Positions 1-12,042 of a stretch of DNA of 64,000 nucleotides are shown here, in pieces. Origin of the DNA: Asterias rubens (taxonomy: Eukaryota). A model generated the notes under the pieces. That model made no database searches. It had not been told where the DNA came from and worked only from the letters and a program-made list of their open reading frames with translations. The stretch lies in contig NC_047079.1 in NCBI RefSeq assembly GCF_902459465.1, forward strand, positions 8,618,001 through 8,682,000. The letters are read 5' to 3'. Each line of letters begins with the position of its first letter. Position 1 is the stretch's first letter. Position numbers and translations under genes: made by a program.

Positions 1-299
1 TCCCGCGTGACCCAAATTGCAGTTATCACCTTTAAGGTCCAGTAATCCACCCTTTTTTCATTTTCTCTCATTGACCATCATGCTGTCTTAAACACTCCAA
101 CTGCTTCCAAGCCACCCAATTCTTCATAAATTAATAACTTTGATTGCCTATAATTTTCCCTTCTTGTCTTGATACCTTCCCTTAATCTTTTGCTCCTCTT
201 TTTTGCTATAAATGGATGTTTTTGTTTGTGCTTGTTTATGCCTTTGACAATGGTCAAGGTTGGATCGAAATCTAAGGCCATAACTACTTATAACATAAC

Positions 300-730
300 A
301 TGCAGCCTATCTCGTTGTAACAAAGTAAGGAAATAAGATGTTACTGATGATGCATTGAGAGTTTTACTTAATAGTTTAAACTTGTTTAGAAGAGGACCAT
401 TGCTGGGTCTGAGTGGGTGTGAGTCAATCACGGATCACTGTGTGCAACGAAATAAAAGACTCCAAAACAAAGCCTGCTTTAATCAGCTTTAATTGGTTGG
501 GCTAATCACGTATTCTGATGTAACGGGATCCCTGACTGGTGAATATCAGCAATTGTAACTCAGTTGGCATTTAACGTGTGTCTGTGTTGAACTGTATAAT
601 TCAGTTAAGAAACTGACCGCCATATGTGATGATGACCTCAGCGATATCGCAGTTAAACTGACCGAGTTTAGGATAATAATAATATGCAATGTACGTAACT
701 TAAAGTTGATTGCGCATTGGTTTAACTAAT
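300..730 (+). pseudogene. Possible degenerate cysteine-containing LRR (F-box/LRR-like) remnant
   Basis: Frame 1 reads SLSRCNKVRK*DVTDDALRVLL...LLGLSGCESITDHCV, fitting LxLSGCxxITD; in-frame stops and no clear splice sites. Confidence 0.25.
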
Positions 731-799
731 GAAGTGCGTTAATGCATGTAATTAGTTAAAAACTATCTACCACCCACACACGTCATAGTGGAGGTTTAA

Positions 800-1105
800 A
801 GACGCTGGGTCGATTTCACAAAGACAGTCCTAACTAAGTACTGGTCCTAGGACTATTTAGCAGTAATACTAAACTAAAGGCTAGTCCTAAGTTAGGAGGT
901 AACTGGAGACAAGACTAGTCTTAACTCTTTGTGAAATCCACCTGGACACGTTTGGTAATTGTCAAAGACCAGTATTCTCACTTTGTGTGTTCCAACATAA
1001 TATGCATAAAATAACAAATCTATGAACAAATTGTACTCAACTGGTCATCGAAGTTGCAAAAAAAATATTGACAGTAAAACACTCTTTGTTGCACAACTTT
1101 GTGAA
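800..1105. mobile_element. TTAA-flanked Kolobok-type MITE (partial), interrupted by a CWG-target MITE
   Basis: TTAA-AGACGCTG[insert]GACACGTTTGGTAATTGTCAAAGACCAGT..., the family terminal sequence. Confidence 0.75.
808..941. mobile_element. Harbinger-type MITE family A (TIR GGTCGATTTCACAAAG), CTG target duplication
   Basis: ctg|ggtcgatttcacaaag ... ctttgtgaaatccac|ctg. Other copies at 1935-2260, ~31300-31780 (split), 48648-48809, 52090-52197. Confidence 0.75.
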
Positions 1106-1585
1106 AGGTATCAGGTGTGTGAATCTTTTCACTTTCCCAATAGCATAACATTATTTGTACAGCCACAGACTCGGTTTAAAGGCACTGGACACCTTTGGTA
1201 ATTGTCAAATACCAGTATTTTCACTTGAATTCCATAACAAATCAGTGAAAATAAAACTCAAATGGTCAAGAATGTTCATTGCAAGAGAATAATGATATAA
1301 GAAAATACCATACTTTAGTCGTGTGGCAGTTTTAAATACAAACTTTCTGAGGCCTTCCAGTTTAGGAAAGCTAGATGACTCTTCTCGCAGCCAACATCAA
1401 GTTACTAGTGACGTGTCTGATTGCGGTGCTGCAGTCCCGGGATATTAAACGGGCCATTAAAAATGAGGCATACGCCTTACGAGCGCCACTGACGTTTTAA
1501 TTACATGGGTAATTAGGAGCAGTGAGGGTATGACAATGTTTCATTTACTCTCCCCGGAGCTACACAAACTATCCACCGTGTTAAA

Positions 1586-2260
1586 GACACTGGATACTAT
1601 TTTGGTCATTACTCAACATAATTGTTAGCATAAAAACTTACTTGGTATTAACGAGCAATGATGAGTTTTTGATTGTATACAACATTTTGGGAAACGTTTC
1701 CCCTCTAGAGTACCGTGGTTTTTGAGAAAGGGGTATTTTCTCACTCAAATATGAAAAGACTTTATGCATGGTGCCCTTTTTCGGCTTCTGAAAGCACACC
1801 CAATTGTGCAACAAGGGTGTTTTTTTTCTTCATATTCTTTTGCAAATCCGATGTCAAAATATGAACAGATTTGTTGTTTTATGCTTATATACACCAAGTG
1901 AGAATACTGGTCTTTGACGTCAAAGGCGTCCAGGGGTTGCATTCACAAAGAAAGACTAGTCTTATCTCGAGTTAGGACGAGTTACTCGTCATTTAGGGCT
2001 ATATCCTATAATATGACAGTCATACGTTTTCCCTCTTTCGAGTCCATCATCTACTCTCCAAATGTTTGGCCGGGATTGGCCGCATCTCACATCCTTCTCG
2101 TTTGCTGTCATTGTGTCTTCGAGGCAGCACTGCTCCTCAAGGGCTTGGCATCGTATAAGGTGTGGCATCAATTGGGGTGATGCGCCACAATCGCATTTGA
2201 CGTCATCACCGTGGGTGTACTCCCATATAGGACTAGTCCTAACTCTTTGTGGAATCGACC
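1586..2260. mobile_element. Kolobok-type MITE with a family-A MITE inserted in its right TIR (1935-2260)
   Basis: ttaa-agacactggatac... family body ...ggtctttgac..aaagg.gtccag[ggttgcattcacaaag...ctttgtggaatcgacc]..gtgcct-ttaa. Confidence 0.75.
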
Positions 2261-4399
2261 AATGTGCCTTTAAGAGACGGTGCTGCTGTGTTTAGCGTGT
2301 CGGCCGTTCACCTTCCTCCTCAACAGTGTCGTACATGTCTCGGTATCTCCCTGAAGATTTCCCTGGGTTTAGATAAAACAGAAGGTGCTATGTTCCTAAC
2401 AGGGCAACACATTATTACATCCTAAAGAAATACATTGATTCCAAATCTGTGTCTGAATAGAAACGTTGATAGTTGTTTTAAGGCGCGAAGAGACGTTACG
2501 GTTATTAGATTAAAGCCAACGTACAGGAATGGTAATTATCGAGATATAAAAACAAATTAGTTTCTCTCTGAAAACTCATTGACTATGAAGCTTTAAACTA
2601 CGTTACTTCAGAGGGAGCCTTTCCTCACAATGTTTTATACTATCAATAGCTCTCCGTTGCTCGTTACCAAGTACTACCTGGACAACATTTGTTTCTGTCC
2701 AAGTTCCCTTGTTTAAATCTTCTCAGACATTGCTACATTTTGTAAAACTTTACAACCATGCTGTACTTTAGCAAGGGACCCTGCTAAGTTGCTCTTGTGT
2801 GAAAGGAGCTTTGTGCGCTAAGAAAAAGGCTCAACTATAAGTGTTTGTTTGTGATATATATATATATTCTGATTGAGTGCAGCTGCACCAGTATGGTCAT
2901 TTTGTTCGTCAAATCCATCGAGGATGAAAACATGATAAACACAGAGGACTTCCCTAGCCATGTGGACTGAGAATCAACCCAGATAAGTACATCATGTTCC
3001 CTTTACTAAAGACAAACAAACTTAACCATCGCGACCGAACTACAGTCAACGACCGCGCTTTAAAGACACTACTCGCGTCCAGAGACCACTCTTTATACGA
3101 TTTGTGTTTTTTGTTTATTCAAAAGGTTTCAAGTTTTCGTCCTTGCTAATTTCCAAGGCACCGCGACCGTCCCCGAGCGGTGATTCTCCCGTGCGTTTCT
3201 TGCTCCCCAGCCGAAGCATCAAGACGTGCGAACCACGCGCCATTAACGCCATAAGAGCGTTGCTCGGTGACCGTACATCAGGTATCCACTGCTCCACTGT
3301 TTGCGAGGATCATGTCCGGCAAGTTCCGGGAGATTTATGATGTCGACTAGACTCGTTTACTGAGAGGGAAACAAAACACCTTTACTCCCTCCAATTGTAA
3401 CGACCCGGCCGTTTTGCATTATAAATAGCGTGATGTGCCGACAACATTCAAGGACTTGGGGAAGTCTAAAGACTGAAACACTTCTGGTAGGGTCTAATAG
3501 TAATACATCAAACGGAGCCAAGGTAACTATTTTAGTGGTATTAATATCCATGAAAAAAACTGTAATGTAATGAATGGCAGAATTCTTGTTTACGTCCCCT
3601 ACGCTGGTTACTGAAACTGAATTGTTGTTCATTAAGAACATCAACAGCTCTCCATTGTTCGTTACCAAGTAAGTTTTTCTTCTAACATAAAATGTTTGTA
3701 TCCTGTGACTTCAACTATTAGTATTTGAAGAAACGGAATTGTGCACACGTTTAGACTCAAAATTGTTTAGACCAGCTGGTACTGGACGTTTGGATCGGAC
3801 ACGCGCGAAACCTGACAGTCTCAATGTAAACAAAAAAACAGAGTCCTTTACGTAAAAAGCCTGCAGACTTTAACAAAACAAATAATGATAACTCGAAAAG
3901 TTGCTTACCAGACACGAAGCATTTAGCGTGTATATCGCAATGCTTTAAGTGGATTTCTGAGTGTAGTTTAAAAATTACTATTCTGTAAATTCGTCACAGC
4001 CATAACTTGATAACAAACGAGCAGCCACTACAATGCAATGCACCCTTTTATGAGGTATTTTTAAACAACATATGTTACAGAATGCTTCTTATGTGTTTGA
4101 CGAAAACAATAAGTGTAGTATTTTCCCCCTTTTATACTTCGACTCTTCAATGGTGTTTTGACGTAGGACAAACCTTTGACGCGTGTCTAATTTTCCATCA
4201 AAATTCATTGGTTACAAATAGGCGACATCGAGCTAGGCGTCATCGAAACCGGCTCGTCCTGAGCAGCGAGGTTTTCTCCACATCTCTCTCTCTTTACATC
4301 TCTCTCTCTCTCTCTCTCTCTATTTATCTTTATCTTGGTCACTGGTAATTACTGAGGCCATAATCGGTGATGAATCGAAAATGTTGCAAATAAATCTTA

Positions 4400-5961
4400 G
4401 GAGATAAGTATAAGGATCAGTTAGTTCAACCAACAATGACGGGACAGCAACAAAACTGATAAACTCTGCACGACACAAATACCAATGGAGAGGAAAATGC
4501 TACGTATCTCAAACAAAGCCATTTTCATGATAGATTTGAATATTGTCTGGTACAATGACGTGCTTGATCACAAAGTAACACTGATGTTTGAATTCCTCAG
4601 ACTATCGAGACAGTTGCTACGTCACATGATTAGGGGCAAGCTTCTGCTTAGTTACGTAAGCGACGGTAAACACCATACAGGACTCTGAATGGTAGTGTAT
4701 GCATAATGGTACTAGGATCTGCTCATCTGGAGGCTTCTTTAAAAAAACTTGCCAGAACCATTGACATATCAACTGTCTCTATAGTCTGAGAAATTCAAAA
4801 TTTAGTGGCACATTGTAACTAAGCAAGTCATTGTACCAGACATTATTCAAATCTAAGACGTAAATGGCTTATTACAGACAGGATTAAATGCACAGAAATA
4901 CGTAAGAAAACTGGAGTAAGAGACATCATAAGGAAAATAAAACCAGCCAAATGGAGATGGGCTGGACACACTGCCCGAAGAAATGACAACAGATCGACAA
5001 CAAGAATAATGGATTGGCAAAGAAGGACAGGGAAAAGGAAAATAGGTAGACGGAGAAGAAGATGGAGAGATGACATTGGGGTATTATGCAGGAACAACGT
5101 GGACCAGAACAGCAAGAAATAGAAATGAATGGTATTTACATGAGGAGGGCTACATCCTACACTGGATAGGGAAAAGAGGTAGACAGAGAAGAAGATGGTG
5201 AGATGACATCAGGGTATTATGCAGGAACAACGTGGACCAGAACAGCAAGAAATAGAAACGAATGGTATTTACATGAGGAGGGCTACATCCTACACTGGAT
5301 AGGGAAAAGGGGTAGACAGAGAAGAAGATGGAGAGATGACATCAGGGTATTATCCAGGAACAACGTGGACCAAAGCTGCAAGAAATAGAAACGAATGGCG
5401 TCATGAGGAAGGCTACATCTTACACTGGAAAAGGAAAAGGGGTAGACAGAGAAGAAGATGGAGAGATAACATCAGGGTATTATGGAGAAACAACATGGAC
5501 CAGAACAGCAAGAAATATAAATGAATGGCGTCATGAGGAGGGCTACATCTTACACTGGATAGGGAAAAGGGGTAGACAGAGAAGAAGATGGAGAGATGAC
5601 ATCAGGGTATTATGCAGGAACAACGTGGACCAAAGCTGCAAGAAATATAAAGGAATGGCGTCATGAGGAAGGCTACATCTTAAACTGGAAAAGGAAAAGG
5701 GGTAGACAGAGAAGAAGATGGAGAGATAACATCAGGGTATATGCAGGAACAACGTGGACCAGAACTGCAAGAAATATAAATGAATGGCGTCATGAGAAAG
5801 GCTACATCTTATACTGGAAAAGGAAAAGGGGTAGACAGAGAAGAAGATGGAGAGATAACATCAGGGTATATGCAGGAACAACGTGGACCAGAACTGCAAG
5901 AAGTATAAATGAATGGCATCATGAGGAGGGATACTTCTTACACTGGATGATTACAGCCTAA
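4400..5961 (+). mobile_element. RTE-clade LINE 3' end (RT C-terminus) with tandemly amplified terminus
   Basis: 4870-5170 translates DRIKCTEIRKKTGVRDIIRKIKPAKWRWAGHTARRNDNR...GRRRRRWRDDI, typical of the RTE ORF C-terminus. An older degenerate piece (MERKMLRIS) lies at ~4480-4640. Confidence 0.8.
5030..5961 (+). repeat. Tandem array of 7 units of 129-133 bp
   Basis: gtagac(a/g)gagaagaagatgg recurs at 5046, 5179, 5312, 5442, 5572, 5702, 5831. Confidence 0.95.
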
Positions 5962-6833
5962 ATGATGGTGAAATAAATCTTGGATGAAAAGTCAATTGTT
6001 TTTTTTTTTTTTTCTCTTTTTTTTTTATAGATTTTTGAACAGTGTTTAATTTCGCTTATGATACATCGTCGGTTTCAGCCTAAAAATAATATGTAATAAT
6101 GGCTTATTGTTTCTATATAGAATGATTCTGGCAAAATTAATCATTAGTGAATCCGTCGAGGAGGCGTGGCAATTAGTTTTACAAATTAAACCATTTCGAT
6201 GCTCAAATAGTCTAGACAAAAACACTAAAAGGGTTGGGCGACAACTGGTGGGTAAATATTGATGCTCCCGTTAAAAAAAAAACTCCCCAATAACCGCCTA
6301 GGAAAAAAAACATCAAAGATTCCCTTCAGCCAACAGCTCTTCTGACACCAACTGCTCTATGAATATTCATGTTGTAACTTAACGGTCCCCTCCTGGGACC
6401 TTGAGAGCATCCTCCCAATGGTATTAAAGAGATCCGTGGTCACTGGGGCCAGTTTGACCGAGTAGATGGTGTCAACTGGCTGTTTAGACTTTCAGTCGCA
6501 TCATCACGGATACAACAGACACACAAAAATGTCATTTGTAACGATGCGACGCGGTTAACTCAAACGCATTCGAAATGTCCCACGAGGCCCGAGCTACGAA
6601 ACTGGTTCTTAAAAAGATAATTTTACAGCGTCTTCCACCAGCGGGCTCGGGTAATGTGAAATATCGGTCATTTGCTTTTGAAAGGGAGCCGACTCGGGTA
6701 ATGACGGCTTGATGCCGTCTTAATGATTTGCAATTTCCAAACGACGGGATTCCTCTGGACAGTTGGGTTTTGTTTGTTGGACACCGTGGACCAAACCATC
6801 TTGGTGTTTCTTCCTGCACAATCCACGCACTAA

Positions 6834-7005
6834 GGCCCTTTTGCAAATCACGGATTCGGCTTTGGATTCGGCTGGAGGCTCCGTTCTCTCGTCTGAAGCC
6901 CCGATCACGTATACGCAAGGCACGCACAATATTGTCAAATCAACCGGCGGGGCCAAGATAGCCTGAGCCGAATCAAAAGCCGAAGCCGTCGTTTCGAAAA
7001 GGGCC
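6834..7005. mobile_element. Harbinger-type MITE family D (172 bp, long TIRs GGCCCTTTTCGAAAC)
   Basis: Inverted copy at 19682-19852 with ATA duplication; related sequence at ~28480-28710. Confidence 0.8.
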
Positions 7006-7199
7006 TGGATGTGGAGAGTGAATTAGACTGGTGCCGGTGTGCAGGAGATTCGGTCCCCCATACGGCAAACTGTGTACAAACTTCTTCTGATAGCGCCCTC
7101 TGTTGAATCATCTTCCTCCAGCCCATGCTAATTTCCCATACAGAAGAATAGGGTCAAGACATAATCTCAGGCGGAAAAAAATCACTGGGACCTCGGTCT

Positions 7200-7720
7200 A
7201 TATTGTGTTTAAAATGACGGTGGTGTTGCCGCACAAAAGCGGCGGCCATTTTTAGTTGAGAATTTGCACGGTGTGAGTATAATTAGGAGAGGTTTAATTA
7301 GAACTCTTTTAAGTTGAGTTGATTCTGAGCTGAAGACGATCAGTTATTTACCCGTAATACAATCTGCATTCCGATAGCGCCCGATGGGTCCAGCATGTTT
7401 TGTTCTCCCCGTGGCTGCTCGGAATTTTAACATTAATTATTATAATTTTTCAGAGAACCACATCTTTTCTTCAGCACTCTATTTCTTTTTTTTCTTTTTT
7501 TGTGACAGTTTCCTGTAGTTTCGATTGAAGAGTCTTTGTCTACCATGTCTCGATCCATCCGCAACGCAGAAACACACGACAAACCAATAGCGAAAACGTG
7601 GGTGTTTAGTGTTCAATTTCGGTCCCGATATTTCAGAACAATTATCGGCTTACTGCCGTGAAGGTCAAATTAAGCAAAGCAGAACTGTGGGGGAAAACAG
7701 CTGAAGTCGGTAAGTCTTGA
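7200..7720 (+). promoter_or_regulatory. CpG-enriched promoter-like segment with YY1-like motif and a strong donor
   Basis: gcggccattttt (reverse of AAAATGGCCGC, YY1-like) at ~7243; gaagtcg|gtaagt at ~7709; no assignable ORF. Confidence 0.25.
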
Positions 7721-8309
7721 ACCATATAGCGTCAGTACGAGGCGAATCTATGGAAGATTTGTTGAATCGAATACGTTGCCCCAATTAAATTTCACTCAAC
7801 TATCTGTTTTTCAGTGTTTCTGACAAAATCTCCATTATGATGTCACGAATTGCGTGCGTGGGAATTCGCTTCAAGGAAAAATCAACACCTTCAAGGTATT
7901 TTTGAAAGTTTTAAAAAATCGCTACATGTTTATAAGAAATGCCACTCAAATCTCGGAACGATTTCGGACTCGAGTTTCTATTCTCGGCATCGCTGGTACT
8001 CATGCACCTGAGGACAAAAGCCCCACTGTATCACCCAAAGCCTGCGGGACAACAGCACTTGAAGTTCCCGTAGATCCGCATGATCCGGCCACTCGAAACG
8101 ATCCCTGAAGAAACCTCCGAAAAATAAACCAGGCCAAGCAAAACATCGAAGAAAAATAGCGATTTCAATCAACAAGAGGCAGTTTCCTGTTGGGGGATTC
8201 CTAAATCTGAAAATATTTCTGTTTTTCGAAAATAATGGTTTCAAGTGGATGACTGTGATCCGCTCCAACTTCCTATACATGTACTTCATGCGTACGGGGA
8301 CCTCCGTAA

Positions 8310-8570
8310 TATTGTTCCGTCCGGATGGGACGTAAAACCTTTGGTCCCGTGTGTTGTGTAACGCGCGTAAAAAAGCAAGTGTTCCTGGTTTGATTTGCAG
8401 CATATTGTGCCACAGCACCTTGTAAACCATTACATGGTGCTATGTAAAAGGAGTGGGTCTCATAATTATTTCAAACATAGTCCCGAATACCTTGCAGGAA
8501 ATACTGTATGTTGAAGCACCTTGAGCGTCACTGATTGACGGATATGCGTGCTGTATCAGAAGCCACTATG
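8310..8570 (+). mobile_element. Partial copy of the 46624 SINE family
   Basis: ggatgggacgtaaaa..ttggtccc.tgtgttgtgtaa and gccacagcaccttgtaaaccattacatggtgct shared with 46760-46912. Confidence 0.8.
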
Positions 8571-9502
8571 AGTACGCCACACGTTGACTTTATTCTTCGA
8601 AGACCCATGCCAGCTGGGCCAGGGCTCAACGACATGGCTCTGCTCACCGTAAGCATAGAATTGGCGCTTACTTCAAGCGTATTTCAAAGGTTAGCAGGGA
8701 ACGTTTACTTATGATGGAGGGTCAAAGGTGATTATGGACGTTGACTCAAAAGCAGATCTATGGCGTAACTCACGTGCCTCGAAGTGTGACGTCAGATGTA
8801 CAAGTAGAAATTCTGTTTCGGTCTTCTGATTTCAGGCGACCTTTCAAAAAAGGAAAATATTAAAACAAAGCGAAGGCCGTGATTTACGCAGTGGTGTGTA
8901 CGTGTTGTTTTATTGTTAGCAGAGTTGAATGAACGATCACCACACAAAACAAGAGTCCTCGCTTTTTGTTGCCAGCCCAGGTCTTGTCATTTTAAATTCA
9001 CACATAATTTCATGCAAGTTCGCCCACCCACGGAACAGTCATTGCGTCATGGTCTTTCCTCAAACCTAAACCTAAACCTTGCCCTTTCAAAAAAAAACAT
9101 ACAACGATCGGCAAAACCTCAAAATAATCAGTAAAAATCCCTCCAAATTAAACTGAGAGCTTTTGTTTTTGAAGTCAAGATCGTAAAATGATAGAATTCA
9201 ATCCGTTTTGATGCAGTCACGTTTGCCCTTGGAGTCTGAGTCTTGTCTCTAACAGCTTGTTATTTGCATGCAAAGTTTCGCCTAAAAGGTATTGTTCCAC
9301 GTGAGAGATTGTAGTGGTTTATGAACGCCGCCGTTGACGGTAACACGCTCGGTGATTCTCAAATTGTACGTGAACTTGACTTAAGAAATCGGTAGACGTG
9401 AAGAACAATTAATTGATCTTCGGAGCTTTTGATCGCTCAGGCCGCCGTGTCATGCCGTCACATTACACGTGCGTGAGACGAGAAAATATTCGGACAATTA
9501 AA

Positions 9503-10083
9503 GACACTGGTCACTATTAGTAGTTACTCAAAATAATTGTTGGCATAAAATCTTACTTGGTAACGATCAATAGAGAGCTGTTAATAGTATAAACCATTGT
9601 GAGAAATGGCTCCCTCTGAAGTAACGTATAGTTTTTGAGAAAGAGGTAACTTCTTACTAAAATAGTAAAATACTTCCCAGCTCATTTGATGCCTTTAATA
9701 TGCATCTGAGGAAAGCACACAAAGTGATGCAACAATGGTATTTTTTTCCTTTCGGTAGTCTCTTCCAAAATTCGATGACCAATATTGAGCCCAAGTTTTC
9801 ACCGGTTTGTTATGCATAATGTTCAGATACCTCAAGTGAGAAGACTGGTCTTTAACAATCACCAAAGGTGTGCAGTGACTGGTCTTTAACAATCACCAAA
9901 GGTGTGCAGTGACTGGTCTTTAACAATCACCAAAGGTGTGCAGTGACTGGTCTTTAACAATCACCAAAGGTGTGCAGTGACTGGTCTTTAACAATCACCA
10001 AAGGTGTGCAGTGACTGGTCTTTAACAATCACCAAAGGTGTGCAGTGACTGGTCTTTAACAATCACCAAAGGTGTGCAGTGCC
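9503..10083. mobile_element. Kolobok-type MITE with internal 7x34-bp expansion
   Basis: ttaa-agacactggtcac ... gtgcagtgcct-ttaa. Confidence 0.85.
9843..10080. repeat. Perfect tandem repeat, 7 x 34 bp (gactggtctttaacaatcaccaaaggtgtgcagt)
   Basis: Units start at 9843, 9877, 9911, 9945, 9979, 10013, 10047. Confidence 0.97.
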
Positions 10084-10349
10084 TTTAATATTCAGCACCA
10101 TAAGCGAAAGTCCATCGAAGTGTATAGATTGGCTATGAATCGTATTTTTCAAAGCTAATGAATCAACATCATTATGTTCTGGTGCGCTGGTGCGTTGCTA
10201 GTGCACTTTTGTGTTTGTTTGGCAGTTATGACGTCAGATGATGGAGACTTTGATGCCTGCCATAAACGCAAAAATAGGACAGACTTGCCTGCTACACTGA
10301 GGGCACTGGCTTTGTTTGGGCTTTTGGGGGCGATCATCTAACTACGTAG

Positions 10350-10625
10350 GTTTGGTAATGTGTAGGTATACGTGCCAGGCAGATTTGTTCTTTTGAGAAC
10401 TTGTCTTGCTTTACTTTCTGCTACCGCAGAGTAGATTCTCGGAATTCGAGAGACTTCTCGGTTCTAAAAGAACTGTCCAGCTTATACTTGTGCGGAAGGA
10501 AGAAACTCAGCCGGGACTACTACTTAATGTTTAGCGGATCGAGGAGACTTCACTACCGCGGAATGAGTTCTTAATATTCGTCTCAATGTTTCGACTAGCT
10601 TGCTCTAGACATCGTCATGAGACAC
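10350..10625. mobile_element. Dispersed ~270-bp repeat (Penelope-like terminal repeat or retrozyme-like); related copies at ~43400-43570 and, inverted, ~45480-45620
   Basis: Shared blocks ctaccgc(a/g)gagtag, cactaccgcgga(a/g)t(g/a)agttcttaat and gtctcaa..ttt(c/t)gacta in three places; ends in the hammerhead motif. Confidence 0.5.
10580..10623 (-). ncRNA. Degenerate minimal hammerhead ribozyme motif in a second Penelope-like repeat family
   Basis: Minus strand GTCTC-ATGACGA-T-GTCTAG-agcaag-CTAGTC-GAAA-C-ATT-GAGAC: perfect 5-bp stem I, 5/6 stem II, GAAA; core C3 to A and ACGT to ACAT. Confidence 0.4.
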
Positions 10626-12042
10626 ACAATGCAACATGTATTAATTCTTGCAGGCATCTGGTGTGCGGGATATGAAGATTTCTGTTCAATATTGTGAAAC
10701 CGGCTCAACAAAATTAGAGTGTATAAAAAAAAAAAAGTTGATTTCATCGTACCAGCTGGCGAGATATGCTTCGAACAAAAAAAATCCGAATTCCCATACG
10801 GGTAAAATAGAGCACATTTCCAGCACTTCCGCCACTTGTCTAAGGTCGAAACTTTGCAGGTGTTGCCGCCGGACACGCGCACCGGATTTTTCGGGTGATC
10901 CGTCGGGTCATAATTCCGTCAGAAGAGCTGAGCAGGCGGCAATTTCGAGCCAGGTGATCGGGGCTGTGGGCGCGAATGCCCCGGCGGCTGGCCAGCTAAA
11001 CGCGGTAAAAATCACACCGTTCTGACATCGGAGTCACCCTCTAGTCACATTATAGAGAAAATTGTATGCATTCGCCCGTTACGGTCAGTTGGTTGATACC
11101 CGTCTTCAAGTTGTCCGTGTATTTAAAGTGAGGATAAAGTAACAATTATCGGTTTCTCGATGCCGTAATTTAATAAAAACGGTTGTTATGAAACTTATAG
11201 TCATATATTATGTATAAACTAAAGCTACCGTGCAATGCAAGTGTAGGTTTGTATATGAAAAGGCGCTGTGCCGCACTCGTACTGTGGGGCCCAATTTCAT
11301 AAAGCTTTAGCAGAGAGTGAAAATAAACAGGGTAACAGTCATATGTTGCGCATGTCAACTTATATTTAAGCTGGTTACCTGACTCCGGTAAGCATACTTT
11401 TGTTGATCAATGTAAGCTTGGTCTTGCACATACCTGAAATGGTGCTAGTTCTACCCAAAACAAGTCAGACAATATTGTCTTTTTAACAAGTAGGGCCTAA
11501 GCGTTTAAACAGTAGGTTTTTCGGAGTCGGTCAAAGTCATAACCCATAGGCTACCTTTAACGTCTCACTTGCAGAAGAGTAGTCCAACATGCGAGTATGA
11601 AAACGGCGAACATTTCCAGCGCGCAAAGTCATTCTGATCCATTGAAAAGAGAATATTTTCATCATGGTTGCCAAAGGCAACGGAGCAATGAGAGCGTAGG
11701 ATAATTTGAGATTTGAAAGGTAATTGATTTTGTTGTTGTCATCGCGTATGTATTGCTTAAATTATCATTGTGTGCCTTGTTTACTTCAAAACGTACGCCT
11801 ACTCACAGTTCCACTCACAAACCGATTGAGAAATTGACAAACGTAATATACCCTAATAATATTTTCACATAGGGTTTGAAAAAAAAACTCTATTAAAAGA
11901 ACTTATCCGTAAATAGTTTCCTCTTTTGTTTCCCTCAAAAGTATAAAGTCTAATACAATACCTGATTGTACCTAAAATACAAATAAAGTCAAACAAGCAC
12001 ATTCACAAAACAATTTCTCTCGATACAGAGTACGTAACTTAA

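Noticed and set aside
78-281. Minus ORF starting LDFDPTL (HAD DxDxT-like)
   Set aside because: No further HAD motifs; the remainder is Lys/Arg-rich low complexity.
2905-2931. Minus-strand VFILDGFDE, resembling a NACHT Walker B
   Set aside because: No Walker A upstream, stops on both sides, and an equally plausible plus-strand reading; a 9-residue match is not enough.
5203-5961. Several overlapping Arg/Trp-rich ORFs as a repeat-protein gene
   Set aside because: Frameshifted tandem copies of the RTE LINE C-terminus.
9843-10080. CRISPR-like 34-bp repeats
   Set aside because: No spacers; the unit is the subterminal segment of the surrounding MITE.
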